A stretch of 64,000 nucleotides of DNA from an uncultured Muribaculaceae bacterium (GCA_964473445.1 CAYYPD010000001.1:1891-65890), one strand, 5' to 3'. Numbered from the stretch's first letter, positions 9,647 through 19,141 are shown. Numbers and translations: made by a program. The notes: generated by a model not told the origin, from the letters alone.

Positions 9647-10000
9647 CTATTTTTTTTCGATTTTTTCTCTGATACGAGTTGCTTTACCGGAACGTTCTCT
9701 TAAGTAATACAACTTAGCACGTTTAACATCACCACGTCTAACGACAGTGATTTTTTCAACACGTGGAGAATATACAGGGAATACACGTTCAACGCCAACG
9801 CCTTGGAAAATCTTTCTAACAGTGATAGTTTTTCCAACACCGCTGCCACGTTTTTTAAGGATAGTTCCTTCAAAAGCCTGTGTTCTTTCTTTGTTTCCTT
9901 CAATAATTCTTACAGAAACTCTAACTGTATCTCCGGGGTTTAATTCCGGTAATTCTTTATTTAAATATTCTTTTCCTAAATTTTCTACTATAGGGTTCAT
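9647..10000 (-). CDS. rplS: 50S ribosomal protein L19
   Basis: 117 aa with PGDTVRV..RI.EGNKER.Q.FEG and [16 protein letters not shown]...[14 protein letters not shown]. Confidence 0.95.
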   Translation of the reverse strand: MNPIVENLGKEYLNKELPELNPGDTVRVSVRIIEGNKERTQAFEGTILKKRGSGVGKTITVRKIFQGVGVERVFPVYSPRVEKITVVRRGDVKRAKLYYLRERSGKATRIREKIEKK

Positions 10001-10207
10001 GACTACATTCCTTTATTACATAATTATCTGTTATTTTATAATATGCAAAACATATTTTAACTTCAAGCACTTTTTTAAAATTGAGACAAAAAAATAAAAA
10101 AAATTTATATTTTTGTTAACAATTGTTAATATTTCAACCTTATAATTAAAGTTCTTATTTGAATATACCGATATAAAAAACATAAGTTATTGGAGAAAAG
10201 ACTTAAA

Positions 10208-10732
10208 ATGGGATTAAACATCGGATCGGTAAATTCAAATATTTTTTCAAAATCGGCTATTGATACCGAAGCATTAGCTAAGGTTTCACAACAGATTTTA
10301 AATCCGAATAATGAAAAAACTGTTGATGTTTCAACTCTTGATTTATCTAAATTCAACAGAGTTAAACTCGGAACCGATTTGTATGCTGAAAGAACAAACG
10401 GCGAAGTAGCTTTAAAAGCAGCAAAAGCAGCTACTGATTTTGACGTAAATCTTTCAAAAACTTTTATGGCAAACTTACAATACTTGAACTCTCAAGCAGC
10501 TCAAAGTCTGTTTACATCAAAAGAAATGACAGGTAAAGTTGCTGTTGCAGTTGATAACACAAAAGAAGTTACAGAAGCAAAAGTTGTAATCGCTTCTTCT
10601 AAAATAAACGAAACTAACGAAATGAATAAAGATAAAAGAGGTTCTAATCCGTTTGCATTTTACATGCCTGCTCAAACAAAGGAAGAAGTACCTTCTGAAA
10701 ACATCTTCGTTGAAGAAAATATTTTTGCCTAA
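10208..10732 (+). CDS. Hypothetical protein (no recognised domain)
   Basis: The ORF has its own terminator and a GGAG about 12 nt upstream of ATG 10208. The track starts at TTG 10190. The protein is Ala/Lys/Thr-rich and hydrophilic. Confidence 0.5.
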   Translation: MGLNIGSVNSNIFSKSAIDTEALAKVSQQILNPNNEKTVDVSTLDLSKFNRVKLGTDLYAERTNGEVALKAAKAATDFDVNLSKTFMANLQYLNSQAAQSLFTSKEMTGKVAVAVDNTKEVTEAKVVIASSKINETNEMNKDKRGSNPFAFYMPAQTKEEVPSENIFVEENIFA

Positions 10733-10757
10733 TATATACATTGTTACTTGTTATTCC

Positions 10758-10790
10758 GGACGATTTATTAACTAATTCGTCCTTTTTTTT
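10758..10790 (+). terminator. Rho-independent terminator
   Basis: Stem GGACGA / TCGTCC followed by an 8-T run. Confidence 0.7.
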
Positions 10791-10938
10791 GCGTTTTTAT
10801 TCACAAATTTCAATATAGAAATTTTTATTAAAATCTTTCTTTGATTGTTTCATTATAACAAATTTTTAATACTTATAAAGGATTTATGAAATATTTAAAA
10901 ATGTTTTAATAATAAAAAATATAATAGGGAGAATAGTC

Positions 10939-11445
10939 ATGAAAAAGAACTTATTTTTAAGTGTTGTTTTAATGCTTTTTATCTCAGACAGTGTATTGGC
11001 AGACGGAATGGTTTTTGACCCGACTGTTTATAGTGCTGCACCGGTACAAAAAACTACGGTTAAAACAACAAAAACAGTTGAAAAAGTTCCGGATATCGAA
11101 ATCACAGAGCCAAGCATTACAAAGAATACTTCTACAACATTAAAAACAGAAATCCCGTCTAATAAAACAATGGACGTAAAAATAGAAGAAAATGCAACTG
11201 CAGCACAAAGTACAATATCAAACCAAACAAATAATTTTAATGACGCTTTGTTCAACTTAGATACGGCTCAAGTTAATATCAGAAATGAGTTGTTAGAATA
11301 TAAAGCAAAATATCAAGAAATCGATACACAATATAAATTGATAAAAGAACAAAGAAAAGTTCTCGGCAAACAAATTAAAGATATCGAACGCAAAATTAAA
11401 AGCATAGAAAAATCAAAGAATAATATTAGAAAAACAATGCTATAA
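10939..11445 (+). CDS. Hypothetical secreted protein with C-terminal coiled coil
   Basis: N-terminal signal peptide MKKNLFLSVVLMLFISDSVLA, a Thr-rich middle section, and a heptad-like C-terminus (..LLEYKAKYQEIDTQYKLIKEQRKVLGKQIKDIERKIKSIEK). RBS GGGAGAA. Confidence 0.6.
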   Translation: MKKNLFLSVVLMLFISDSVLADGMVFDPTVYSAAPVQKTTVKTTKTVEKVPDIEITEPSITKNTSTTLKTEIPSNKTMDVKIEENATAAQSTISNQTNNFNDALFNLDTAQVNIRNELLEYKAKYQEIDTQYKLIKEQRKVLGKQIKDIERKIKSIEKSKNNIRKTML

Positions 11446-11456
11446 TATACATAAAC

Positions 11457-11488
11457 AAAACTCTTACTTTAAAGTAAGAGTTTTGTTT
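11457..11488 (+). terminator. Rho-independent terminator
   Basis: Stem CTCTTACT / AGTAAGAG followed by TTTTGTTT. Confidence 0.75.
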
Positions 11489-11502
11489 AATTAAGGATAT
11501 GT

Positions 11503-13878
11503 ATGTCAAAAAGTATTAAGATTATAACTACAATTTGTTTATATGTTATAGGTGTTTTTGCCTTCTTTTATCCTGTATTTTATATTATCGGGATATTCTC
11601 CATACTTTTTGCAGGATACTTATTCCTTAAAAAGAAAACTGTTTCTTTTAATTGCTTATTTTGGCTGATTACATTCTTTATATTTGGGATTTTGAATACA
11701 TCTTTAAGTTTGAAATATGATGATGATTTAGTTCCGTTTACAAATAATAATGATGTAAACATAAAAGCTGAAGTTCTTTCTATTCCGACAAATAATTTAT
11801 CAGGCAAAACAAAGTTTTATGCTCGAGTTTTTTATGCTGCTCACAATAACAATATTAAAGAAGATATAAATGCAAAAACCCTTGTAACCGTTACTGACGA
11901 ACAAGATAAAATCAATAAAATAAAAATTGGCGATATATTAACTTTTTCCGGCAGGCTAAAAACTCCCGAACACTCTCTTAACCCGTACCAATTTGATTAT
12001 GCAAGATATCTTCAGTTCAAGAAAACTTTCTCACTTATGTACGTTACGGGTAATTGGGAAATAAGTTCAAACTCAGTCTCTTTAAAGGGGAAATTAATAA
12101 GGAAATTAAATGATACAAGAACAAAAATTCTTGATATTCACAGACAAAACATAAAATCACCTATGCTTGAAGTCCTTGGCGGTATTATTTTTGGGGATGA
12201 TGCGGTTAATCCTGATGATGATACAAAAGATGCATTTTTAAAATCAGGGATTTTTCATATTTTAGCAGCCTCAGGAATGAATGTTACTTTAATTTTCGGT
12301 ATTTGGTTTTTCTTTGCGAAAAAATTACGGTTTAATTATAAATTTTCAATTATTTCGGGAATTTTACTGATTTCCGTCTATACCTGCATGACAGGCTTCG
12401 GTTCTCCGATTATCAGAGCATTCTTAATGCTTACGTTAATTCTTATCGGTAAATTAATAGATAGAGCAACCTCAACTATGTCTCTATTATTTATCGTCGG
12501 ACTGTTAATGCTTATTTATAACCCGTTATTGGTGTTTGATGTAGGTTTTCAGCTGTCATTTACTGTTACATTTGCATTAATTCTGACTTCTCCGATTTTA
12601 AATTTCAATATAAAAAACAAGTTTTTAAATTCTATAACAGGTGCTTGTATGATTCCTTTAATAGCACAAATATTCGCTGCTCCGCTACAAATGTTTTACT
12701 TTAACACTTTCTCTTTATACTCGGTAATTACAAATATTGCAATAGTTCCGGTTTTAAGTATAGTGTCTTTTATAGGATTTATCAGTTCTATTTTGGCATT
12801 GATACCGATAATTTCACACAAAATATGTTTAGTTGCGGATTTTATACTTAATCCGTTCCTCATTTACATTGTAAAAACAGCTAATTTCTTTTCTAATCTG
12901 CCTTATTCAATTATTTACTTAAAGAAACCGACTGTTATTCAACTTATTTTATATTTTTCAATAATAATTTTAATAGTTTTGTTTATAAAGTTTAAAGTAA
13001 AAAGCAAAAAATACTATATTCCGTTAGCAAGTATTATAGTACTTTTTGGCATAACTTTTATTCTGCCGCTTAATCACAATAGTGAAATTACATTTTTTGC
13101 AGTCGGAAATGCAGACGCAATAATGATAAAATCTCCTCAAAATAAATATTATATTCTTGATACGGGAAAACTTCCTTATATGTCGGCTTCTTCACAAGCT
13201 AAGATGATAATTTTAAATTATTTGAGAAATATAGGAGTAAAAGAACTTGACGGTTTGATATTATCACATTTTGACTCCGACCATGCCGGAGGAACAATTG
13301 ATATTTTAAAAGAATTAAACGTAAAAAAGGTATATATTTCAGACTCTTTTGAGGACACAAAACTATCTGCAAACATAATTAAATTTTTAGATGATAATAA
13401 AATACAAACAACCATTGTAAATTTTGAAACCAAAATTGCAGAAGAGCAAAATTTTAAGTTAAAAGCAATACGGGCTACAGGGGAGGAAATAAAATCAGAA
13501 AACGAAAAATCCGTAATTGTTTTGTTTGAAGATAAAAATAATAAAATTCTTTTTACGGGTGATGGGAATATTAATACATACAATTATCTGCCGCAAGAAT
13601 ATAAAACTGATTTAAAAGTGTTAAAAGTCGGACACCACGGAGCAAAAGATACCTTAAATAAAGAAATGATTGATAACGCTGATTATTTTATTATTTCAAC
13701 AGGCATAAATATATATAATCATCCGTCTGCCGAAACACTCAATATGATAAGAAAATATAATAAAACATATTTTAGAACAGACAAATTTAATGCTCTAAAA
13801 TTTGTTTTAAATCCTGATAAGACAGATATATATGCCTACTCACCCAAAATTCATGGGTTTAAGAAAATAACTCAATAA
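11503..13878 (+). CDS. comEC: DNA internalization competence protein ComEC/Rec2
   Basis: 791 aa with a polytopic membrane core (..ILAASGMNV..) and a C-terminal metallo-beta-lactamase domain (LSHFDSDHAGG, VGHHG). Confidence 0.88.
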   Translation: MSKSIKIITTICLYVIGVFAFFYPVFYIIGIFSILFAGYLFLKKKTVSFNCLFWLITFFIFGILNTSLSLKYDDDLVPFTNNNDVNIKAEVLSIPTNNLSGKTKFYARVFYAAHNNNIKEDINAKTLVTVTDEQDKINKIKIGDILTFSGRLKTPEHSLNPYQFDYARYLQFKKTFSLMYVTGNWEISSNSVSLKGKLIRKLNDTRTKILDIHRQNIKSPMLEVLGGIIFGDDAVNPDDDTKDAFLKSGIFHILAASGMNVTLIFGIWFFFAKKLRFNYKFSIISGILLISVYTCMTGFGSPIIRAFLMLTLILIGKLIDRATSTMSLLFIVGLLMLIYNPLLVFDVGFQLSFTVTFALILTSPILNFNIKNKFLNSITGACMIPLIAQIFAAPLQMFYFNTFSLYSVITNIAIVPVLSIVSFIGFISSILALIPIISHKICLVADFILNPFLIYIVKTANFFSNLPYSIIYLKKPTVIQLILYFSIIILIVLFIKFKVKSKKYYIPLASIIVLFGITFILPLNHNSEITFFAVGNADAIMIKSPQNKYYILDTGKLPYMSASSQAKMIILNYLRNIGVKELDGLILSHFDSDHAGGTIDILKELNVKKVYISDSFEDTKLSANIIKFLDDNKIQTTIVNFETKIAEEQNFKLKAIRATGEEIKSENEKSVIVLFEDKNNKILFTGDGNINTYNYLPQEYKTDLKVLKVGHHGAKDTLNKEMIDNADYFIISTGINIYNHPSAETLNMIRKYNKTYFRTDKFNALKFVLNPDKTDIYAYSPKIHGFKKITQ

Positions 13879-14012
13879 CGTTTACTTTCCGGCTAACAAT
13901 TTACAGATGTCTTTTTCCCCGGGTTCAAGAAGCTCTCTGCAAAACCAAGATTTATAATTAATACTAGAATTATAATCAGTTTTATAGTGTTTAACAAATG
14001 TAAATCATACCC

Positions 14013-14201
14013 TCACTTATTCAGACCCTTTTGACCGTTAACATCAAAAGCCGTAATTTTAGCTTTTGCATAATTTCCATAAGGAATAAAAATCATCCCG
14101 CCAGCAGTAACAAATGATACCCCTGTCTTTATATTTTCCTTATAGAACCCGGAACATCCGCTTACTGCCTGATTTGCCTCATAATCAGAAGAATTGTGCA
14201 T
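14013..14201 (-). pseudogene. Possible pilin/pseudopilin-like gene fragment
   Basis: 62-aa ORF with no RBS, ending ..ITAFDVNGQKGLNK then TGA. The motif seems to continue after the TGA (GYDLHLL). No prepilin N-terminus is present upstream. Confidence 0.25.
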
Positions 14202-14317
14202 TTTCTTATAAAAAAATTTTTATATCAGCAGATGCAAACGGTTATGGCAGAAAATCTAATCGATTTAGAAAAGATTTATTTGTATTCCGGTTAGATAACA
14301 GAGAGGAGTTATTGCCT

Positions 14318-14425
14318 ATGGGAGTAACCGGTACTTATTATCATTCTACTGATGACAGTTATTGTTCAAGTACGTCAACTCACGGGAGGAACGGCTCTGC
14401 TTGTACATATAAAAAGCTGAAATAA
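14318..14425 (+). CDS. Candidate small ORF (35 aa, Ser/Thr-rich, 2 Cys)
   Basis: GAGAGGAG sits 7-8 nt upstream of the ATG. The peptide is MGVTGTYYHSTDDSYCSSTSTHGRNGSACTYKKLK. No homology was recognised. Confidence 0.3.
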   Translation: MGVTGTYYHSTDDSYCSSTSTHGRNGSACTYKKLK

Positions 14426-14505
14426 TATTATAAAATGATGATAGACCGATTTTACCTATGATATTAAAAATTTATACATAAACTAATGAAATTTGATAAT
14501 TATAG

Positions 14506-14514
14506 TGTTATAAT
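14506..14514 (+). promoter_or_regulatory. Extended -10 promoter (TGtTATAAT) of the structured RNA
   Basis: TGTTATAAT ends 6 nt before the first base of the closing helix. Confidence 0.55.
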
Positions 14515-14520
14515 GTAATT

Positions 14521-14692
14521 GCTCTGTACGGATATTTATTTTGTTCCTACATCTTGATTAATAGGGAAAGAAATCTCTGTAACATTGCAGTAAACCTGTC
14601 ATAGTAACAGGAAACGGATTTGTTAAGGAACTTACCCACCTGTGGAGCATTCACAGGTAACAAAATCGTATTCGTATAGGGCTTTTATTTTT
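14521..14692 (+). ncRNA. Structured ncRNA of unassigned class (6S-like overall architecture)
   Basis: The 5' and 3' ends pair over 14+8 bp (14521-14534 with 14669-14682, and 14538-14545 with 14659-14666). There are inner hairpins at 14595-14611 and 14638-14658. A U-tract TTTTATTTTT follows immediately after the closing helix. The region has no ORF. Confidence 0.55.
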
Positions 14693-14781
14693 CTCTGTTA
14701 AGTTATAATAATTTTTTATCGTAAAAAGGCAAAAATTTTTATAACATGTTTTAAAATAATTGTAGAGTAAGGAGAAAGATT

Positions 14782-15183
14782 ATGGAAGTACGTCCTGTTT
14801 CACAACAAACAAATAGAAAGAATACGGTATTAGATACTGTTACAAAATCATTAGCGGCAGGAGTTATTGCTTCCGAGGCACACAGATTATTCATGCCGGC
14901 TGAAACAAGAGCCGCATTAAAAAATACAAGCAGAGGTCTTGATTCTTTTGTACAAAAATCAATAAAAGCTGCAGAAAAAACAATGAAAAATACAGGTAAA
15001 ACATTTGATTTGAGTGAAATAGCTGAAAATGCGAAAAATATGTACCCTGATATGCTTGAAACCGCAAAATCTGCTTCCAAAAAATTAAATAAAACTTTGT
15101 TATTTGTTTCAGGAGCTGTGTTAGCAGGTCTTACTGCCATTAATTTAATCGTAAAGAATAACACAAACAAAGCTGAAAAGTAA
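14782..15183 (+). CDS. Hypothetical protein with C-terminal transmembrane anchor
   Basis: Strong RBS GTAAGGAGAAAG. 133 aa with the C-terminal helix LLFVSGAVLAGLTAINLIV, followed by a terminator. Confidence 0.6.
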   Translation: MEVRPVSQQTNRKNTVLDTVTKSLAAGVIASEAHRLFMPAETRAALKNTSRGLDSFVQKSIKAAEKTMKNTGKTFDLSEIAENAKNMYPDMLETAKSASKKLNKTLLFVSGAVLAGLTAINLIVKNNTNKAEK

Positions 15184-15207
15184 CAATAAAAACAGATTAA
15201 ATACTTA

Positions 15208-15236
15208 GAAAAAGAGAGTTTTTCTCTCTTTTTTTA
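15208..15236. terminator. Bidirectional rho-independent terminator
   Basis: AAAAAGAGAG-TTTTT-CTCTCTTTTTTT lies between convergent genes and overlaps the spmB stop codon. Confidence 0.75.
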
Positions 15237-15773
15237 TGCAAAGAATATTCTTGCAACCACAATCGCCATAACTATTCCGATAAAGTCAGCACTCAAGCCT
15301 GTTAACAATGCGTATCTGTACTTTTTTATGCCGACAGCACCAAAATACACTGTTAGAACATAAAAGGTTGTTTCGGAACTGCCAAGCATAATAGCTGACA
15401 ATTTAGAAGGATATGAATTTACGTCATTATTGGCAACTATATCCGAGAAAACCCCTATTGCAGCACTTCCGGATAGAGAACGCACAATTGCAAGCGGTAA
15501 GACATCACTCGGAAGATGAATTTTATCAAGAAAACCGCCTAATAAAACGGAAACTGATTCTATTGTCCCTGAAGCTCTTAACATTGAAATTGCAACAATA
15601 ATTGCAACTATATACGGAATTATATTTCCGCTTACTTTTATTCCGCTTTTTGCTCCTTCTATAAAGGTTTCGTAAATAGGAACTTTTTTGATTAAAGCAC
15701 AAGTCAAAATAACCAAAATAATAGCAGGTATTGCCCATAAAGATACGATATCAATAATTTCTTTAATTGTCAT
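15234..15773 (-). CDS. spmB: Nucleoside-recognition (Gate) domain membrane protein, SpmB-like
   Basis: 179-aa polytopic protein that overlaps and follows the SpmA-like gene, which is the typical spmA-spmB pair. Confidence 0.75.
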   Translation of the reverse strand: MTIKEIIDIVSLWAIPAIILVILTCALIKKVPIYETFIEGAKSGIKVSGNIIPYIVAIIVAISMLRASGTIESVSVLLGGFLDKIHLPSDVLPLAIVRSLSGSAAIGVFSDIVANNDVNSYPSKLSAIMLGSSETTFYVLTVYFGAVGIKKYRYALLTGLSADFIGIVMAIVVARIFFA

Positions 15774-16371
15774 TTACTGCCTCGTTTCCTTTTTGAGCAG
15801 GAAATATTCTTTTAAATATTTTTGCAACTAATATTGCAGAAATAAAAGCCCCCGTCGTAACGATTAAAGTCGGAACTATTATTTGAGTAGGATTTTCACA
15901 CCCGTTTGCTGCAAGAATAGCAATAACAGTTGCAGGAATTAACTGAAATCCTGCGGTATTCATTGCCAATAGCGTACACATCGGGTCAGATGCACTTTCT
16001 TTGTCAGAATTAAGATCTTGCATTTTTTCCATTGCTTTAATACCTATTGGAGTTGCAGCATTAGCTAATCCCAAAGCATTTGCGGAAAAATTCATTGCAA
16101 CATCACCTATAACTTCACTGTTTTTAGGAATTTCAGGGAAAATTAATTTTGCAATCGGAGTTAATAATTTCGAGATAAATTCAACAATGCCGGATTTTTC
16201 GGCAATTTTCATTATTCCAAGCCAAAAAGTCATAATCCCTAAAAGAGTTAAAACTATTCTTACAGATAATTCTGCTCCCGAGAATATTGCATTTGCAACA
16301 TCCCCCAGCTTTCCGTTTATAGCTCCGAAAATAATAGAAACTACTATTAACGCATACCAAATATAATTCAT
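15763..16371 (-). CDS. spmA: Nucleoside-recognition (Gate) domain membrane protein, SpmA-like
   Basis: The MNYIWYALIVVSIIFGAINGK.. N-terminus is typical of SpmA. I prefer the start at ATG 16371, which has AGGAAG upstream. The track begins at 16401. Confidence 0.75.
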   Translation of the reverse strand: MNYIWYALIVVSIIFGAINGKLGDVANAIFSGAELSVRIVLTLLGIMTFWLGIMKIAEKSGIVEFISKLLTPIAKLIFPEIPKNSEVIGDVAMNFSANALGLANAATPIGIKAMEKMQDLNSDKESASDPMCTLLAMNTAGFQLIPATVIAILAANGCENPTQIIVPTLIVTTGAFISAILVAKIFKRIFPAQKGNEAVNDN

Positions 16372-16484
16372 TTTCTTCCTGTTCTTTATGCTGTAATGCA
16401 ACTATTTTGCACTTGTAATGAATTTAATTGTATATTTTATTACTCGAAAAATCAAATTCGTTAATTGAATGCTATAATTTTTGT

Positions 16485-17573
16485 ATGGTTGAACACGCTT
16501 ATATACATATTCCTTTTTGTAAACGAAAATGCAAATATTGTAATTTCGTGTCGGGTAAAAACATCAAAGACAAAGATGTATATATTGAAGCACTCTTAAA
16601 TGAAATCAAATCGGAATATAAAGGAGAAGAATTAAAAACACTATATTTTGGCGGTGGAACTCCATCTTTATTAAGTGCTAAAGATATAGAGAAGATAAAA
16701 AATTGTTTTTCATTAGCACAAGAGGCGGAAATAACGCTTGAAGCAAACCCTGAAACCGTTACAAGTGAAAACTTTAAAATGTTAAAAAATATAGGAATAA
16801 ACAGAATTTCACTGGGTATCCAATCTTTTGACAATAATATTTTAAAAGTAATCGGACGGGAGCATAATGAAGAAATAATTTTAAATGCAATAAATAATAT
16901 AAAATCAGCAGGGTTTAAAAATATAAGTATAGATTTAATATACGGTCTGCCTGCTCAAACTCTTGAAATGTTTAGAGTTGACTTAGAAAAAGCTTTAAAT
17001 CTTGATATACAGCATGTTTCAACTTACGGATTAAAGATAGAAGAGAATTCGTTCTTCAGTAAACATTTACCCGAAAATTTACCGGATGATGAATTACAGA
17101 CAGAAATGTTTTTGTATTTATGTGATTTCTTAAAGAAGAACGGCTTTGAACATTATGAAATAAGCAACTTTGCAAAAAAAGGTTTTTATTCAAGACACAA
17201 TTGTTCATACTGGAAAAACAAAGAGTATTACGGATTTGGATTAAATGCGTCGGGATATATAAATAATATCAGATATAAAAACATCTCAAATTTAGAAAAA
17301 TATATATCTAATCCTCTGATAAAAGAAGAGAGTAGTGAAATTCCGATTGATGAGAAACTTGAAAACGAAATATTTTTAGCTTTAAGGCTTAATTCGGGAG
17401 TTGATATTGACGAAATTAATCACAGATACAACATTAATTTTAAAAATAAATACAAAAAGGTTATAGAGAAATATCAAAATTTAGAATTATTAAAAATTGA
17501 AAACGGACACTGTAAACTCACGGAGAAAGGAATCCTCTTGAGCAATGATGTTATGTGCGAGTTTTTAGATTAA
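16485..17573 (+). CDS. hemW: Radical SAM heme chaperone HemW (coproporphyrinogen III oxidase-like)
   Basis: AYIHIPFCKRKCKYCNF (CX3CX2C), GGGTPS, and an HemN C-terminal domain. The start is moved to MVEH.. at 16485. The track starts at 16428. Confidence 0.88.
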   Translation: MVEHAYIHIPFCKRKCKYCNFVSGKNIKDKDVYIEALLNEIKSEYKGEELKTLYFGGGTPSLLSAKDIEKIKNCFSLAQEAEITLEANPETVTSENFKMLKNIGINRISLGIQSFDNNILKVIGREHNEEIILNAINNIKSAGFKNISIDLIYGLPAQTLEMFRVDLEKALNLDIQHVSTYGLKIEENSFFSKHLPENLPDDELQTEMFLYLCDFLKKNGFEHYEISNFAKKGFYSRHNCSYWKNKEYYGFGLNASGYINNIRYKNISNLEKYISNPLIKEESSEIPIDEKLENEIFLALRLNSGVDIDEINHRYNINFKNKYKKVIEKYQNLELLKIENGHCKLTEKGILLSNDVMCEFLD

Positions 17574-17574
17574 T

Positions 17575-18267
17575 TTATGCTTTTTGCATGCCTGTTTTAG
17601 CACCTGCCAATATAAATGTTGCAGGCAGTGCTTTTGATGTAATATTTGATACTGCTTCAACATCTTTTAAAACCATGCTTGTTGCAAGGCATAAATCATC
17701 AGTGTGAACCAAATAATCTTCAGGTTTAACATCGTGTTTAACTTCTTCTTTAAAGATTTTGTTGTTAACTTTGTTCATTATTTTGTTACCGAGTTCCATA
17801 CCGGTAATTAAAGAAGCAACAGTAACAGCTGCTTTCGGAAGATAGTTTAATGCATTATTTATAAAGACTGCTCCTTTAACAGTTGCAGGAAGTTGCGGCA
17901 TTTTTATATTTGCCTTATCCAAAAGTTTATTTGCGACGGCTAAAATTCCAATCGGGCAAACAAGACTTCCCACCAATTGTTGACCTGCTTCTCTTAATTT
18001 AGGAACAACATTTTTCTTGTCTTTATCGGTAGCTAAACCGCCTGCAAGTCCGCCAAGAATAGAACCTGCACCGATTAATAAAACATCTTTTTCTTCATAA
18101 GTTAAATTCTTTAATGTAACGGCAGGATTTCCTTTTTTTACCATTGCATAAACACCTGCAACAGCACCCATAATACCTAATGCACTACCTGCAATCGCAC
18201 CTGCTTTAACTTTGTTATCTGTTTTTTGTTTCGGCGGTATATTTGAAGTTACTTCACCTATATACAT
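17575..18267 (-). CDS. Hypothetical membrane protein with Gly-zipper-like helices
   Basis: 230 aa with GAIAGSALGIMGAVAGVYAM and LLIGAGSILGGLAGGLA segments. No recognised family. Confidence 0.5.
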   Translation of the reverse strand: MYIGEVTSNIPPKQKTDNKVKAGAIAGSALGIMGAVAGVYAMVKKGNPAVTLKNLTYEEKDVLLIGAGSILGGLAGGLATDKDKKNVVPKLREAGQQLVGSLVCPIGILAVANKLLDKANIKMPQLPATVKGAVFINNALNYLPKAAVTVASLITGMELGNKIMNKVNNKIFKEEVKHDVKPEDYLVHTDDLCLATSMVLKDVEAVSNITSKALPATFILAGAKTGMQKA

Positions 18268-18385
18268 AATTTTTTCCTACCATACTTACTTACAATAAAG
18301 TCTGTAAATTAATTTTTTTGCTAAAATGTAAATGTATTTCATGACTAAATATTAAATCAAATATCATAAAGGAACAATAATATAA

Positions 18386-19141
18386 ATGATTGACACACAT
18401 TCACATATAGATTTTGAAGAATATCAAGAAAGATTTGATGATTTTCTTGAAAATCTGAAAAGCCATGAAGTAGAAAAGGTTATAATTCCCGGGGTTGAAC
18501 CGTCAACTTTCGGCAAAATTTTATCTTTATGCAATAAATACGATATGTTGTATGGGGCGGTTGGAGTTCATCCGTCAGAGTTCAAAAGTTGGACAGATGA
18601 TACAGAAAAAGAAATTTATAATTCGTTAAATGAGAAAAAAATAATTGCAATAGGTGAAATCGGTCTTGATTATCATTTTGAACCGGAAACAAAAAATGAA
18701 CAAATCGAGTTATTAGAAAGGCAACTGGAAATAGCTCAAAAAACGAAAGTTCCCGTATTAATTCACGATAGAGAAGCACACGATGACTGCTTTAATATTA
18801 TAAAAAAATATGATTTAAAAGATGTTGTGTTTCACTGTTTTTCAGGGAACAAAGAATTTGCTAAAAAATGTATTGATGAGGGTTTTTATATAGCAATAGG
18901 AGGGGTTGTTACTTTTAAAAACGCTAAAGATTTAAAAGAAACCGCTAAAATTGTTCCTGTTGACAGGCTTTTATTGGAAACGGATGCCCCTTATCTTGCA
19001 CCTGTTCCTTTTAGAGGGAAATTGAATTCGCCCGAGTATTTAATTTATACAGCTCAAGAAATTGCAAATTTGAAAAATATTTCTGTTAACGAAATTAAAG
19101 AAATTACAACAAATAATGCAAAAAGGATTTTTGATTTTTAA
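18386..19141 (+). CDS. tatD: TatD family metal-dependent hydrolase/DNase
   Basis: Motifs MIDTHSHIDF, GEIGLDYH, HCFSG and ETDAPYL. Confidence 0.9.
   Translation: MIDTHSHIDFEEYQERFDDFLENLKSHEVEKVIIPGVEPSTFGKILSLCNKYDMLYGAVGVHPSEFKSWTDDTEKEIYNSLNEKKIIAIGEIGLDYHFEPETKNEQIELLERQLEIAQKTKVPVLIHDREAHDDCFNIIKKYDLKDVVFHCFSGNKEFAKKCIDEGFYIAIGGVVTFKNAKDLKETAKIVPVDRLLLETDAPYLAPVPFRGKLNSPEYLIYTAQEIANLKNISVNEIKEITTNNAKRIFDF

Noticed and set aside
14114-14425. The 103-aa ORF from the track.
   Set aside because: It overlaps the opposite-strand fragment, has no RBS at its start and has an implausible composition. Only its last 35 codons, which have their own strong RBS, are kept as a candidate small ORF.
14521-14692. 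Assignment of the structured RNA to SRP RNA, tmRNA, RNase P or a riboswitch.
   Set aside because: There is no GNRA-capped domain IV with AGCA/GGAA loops (SRP) and no tRNA-like end or tag ORF (tmRNA). It is far too short for RNase P. The long-range 5'/3' helix directly abutting the U-tract does not look like an aptamer plus expression platform.
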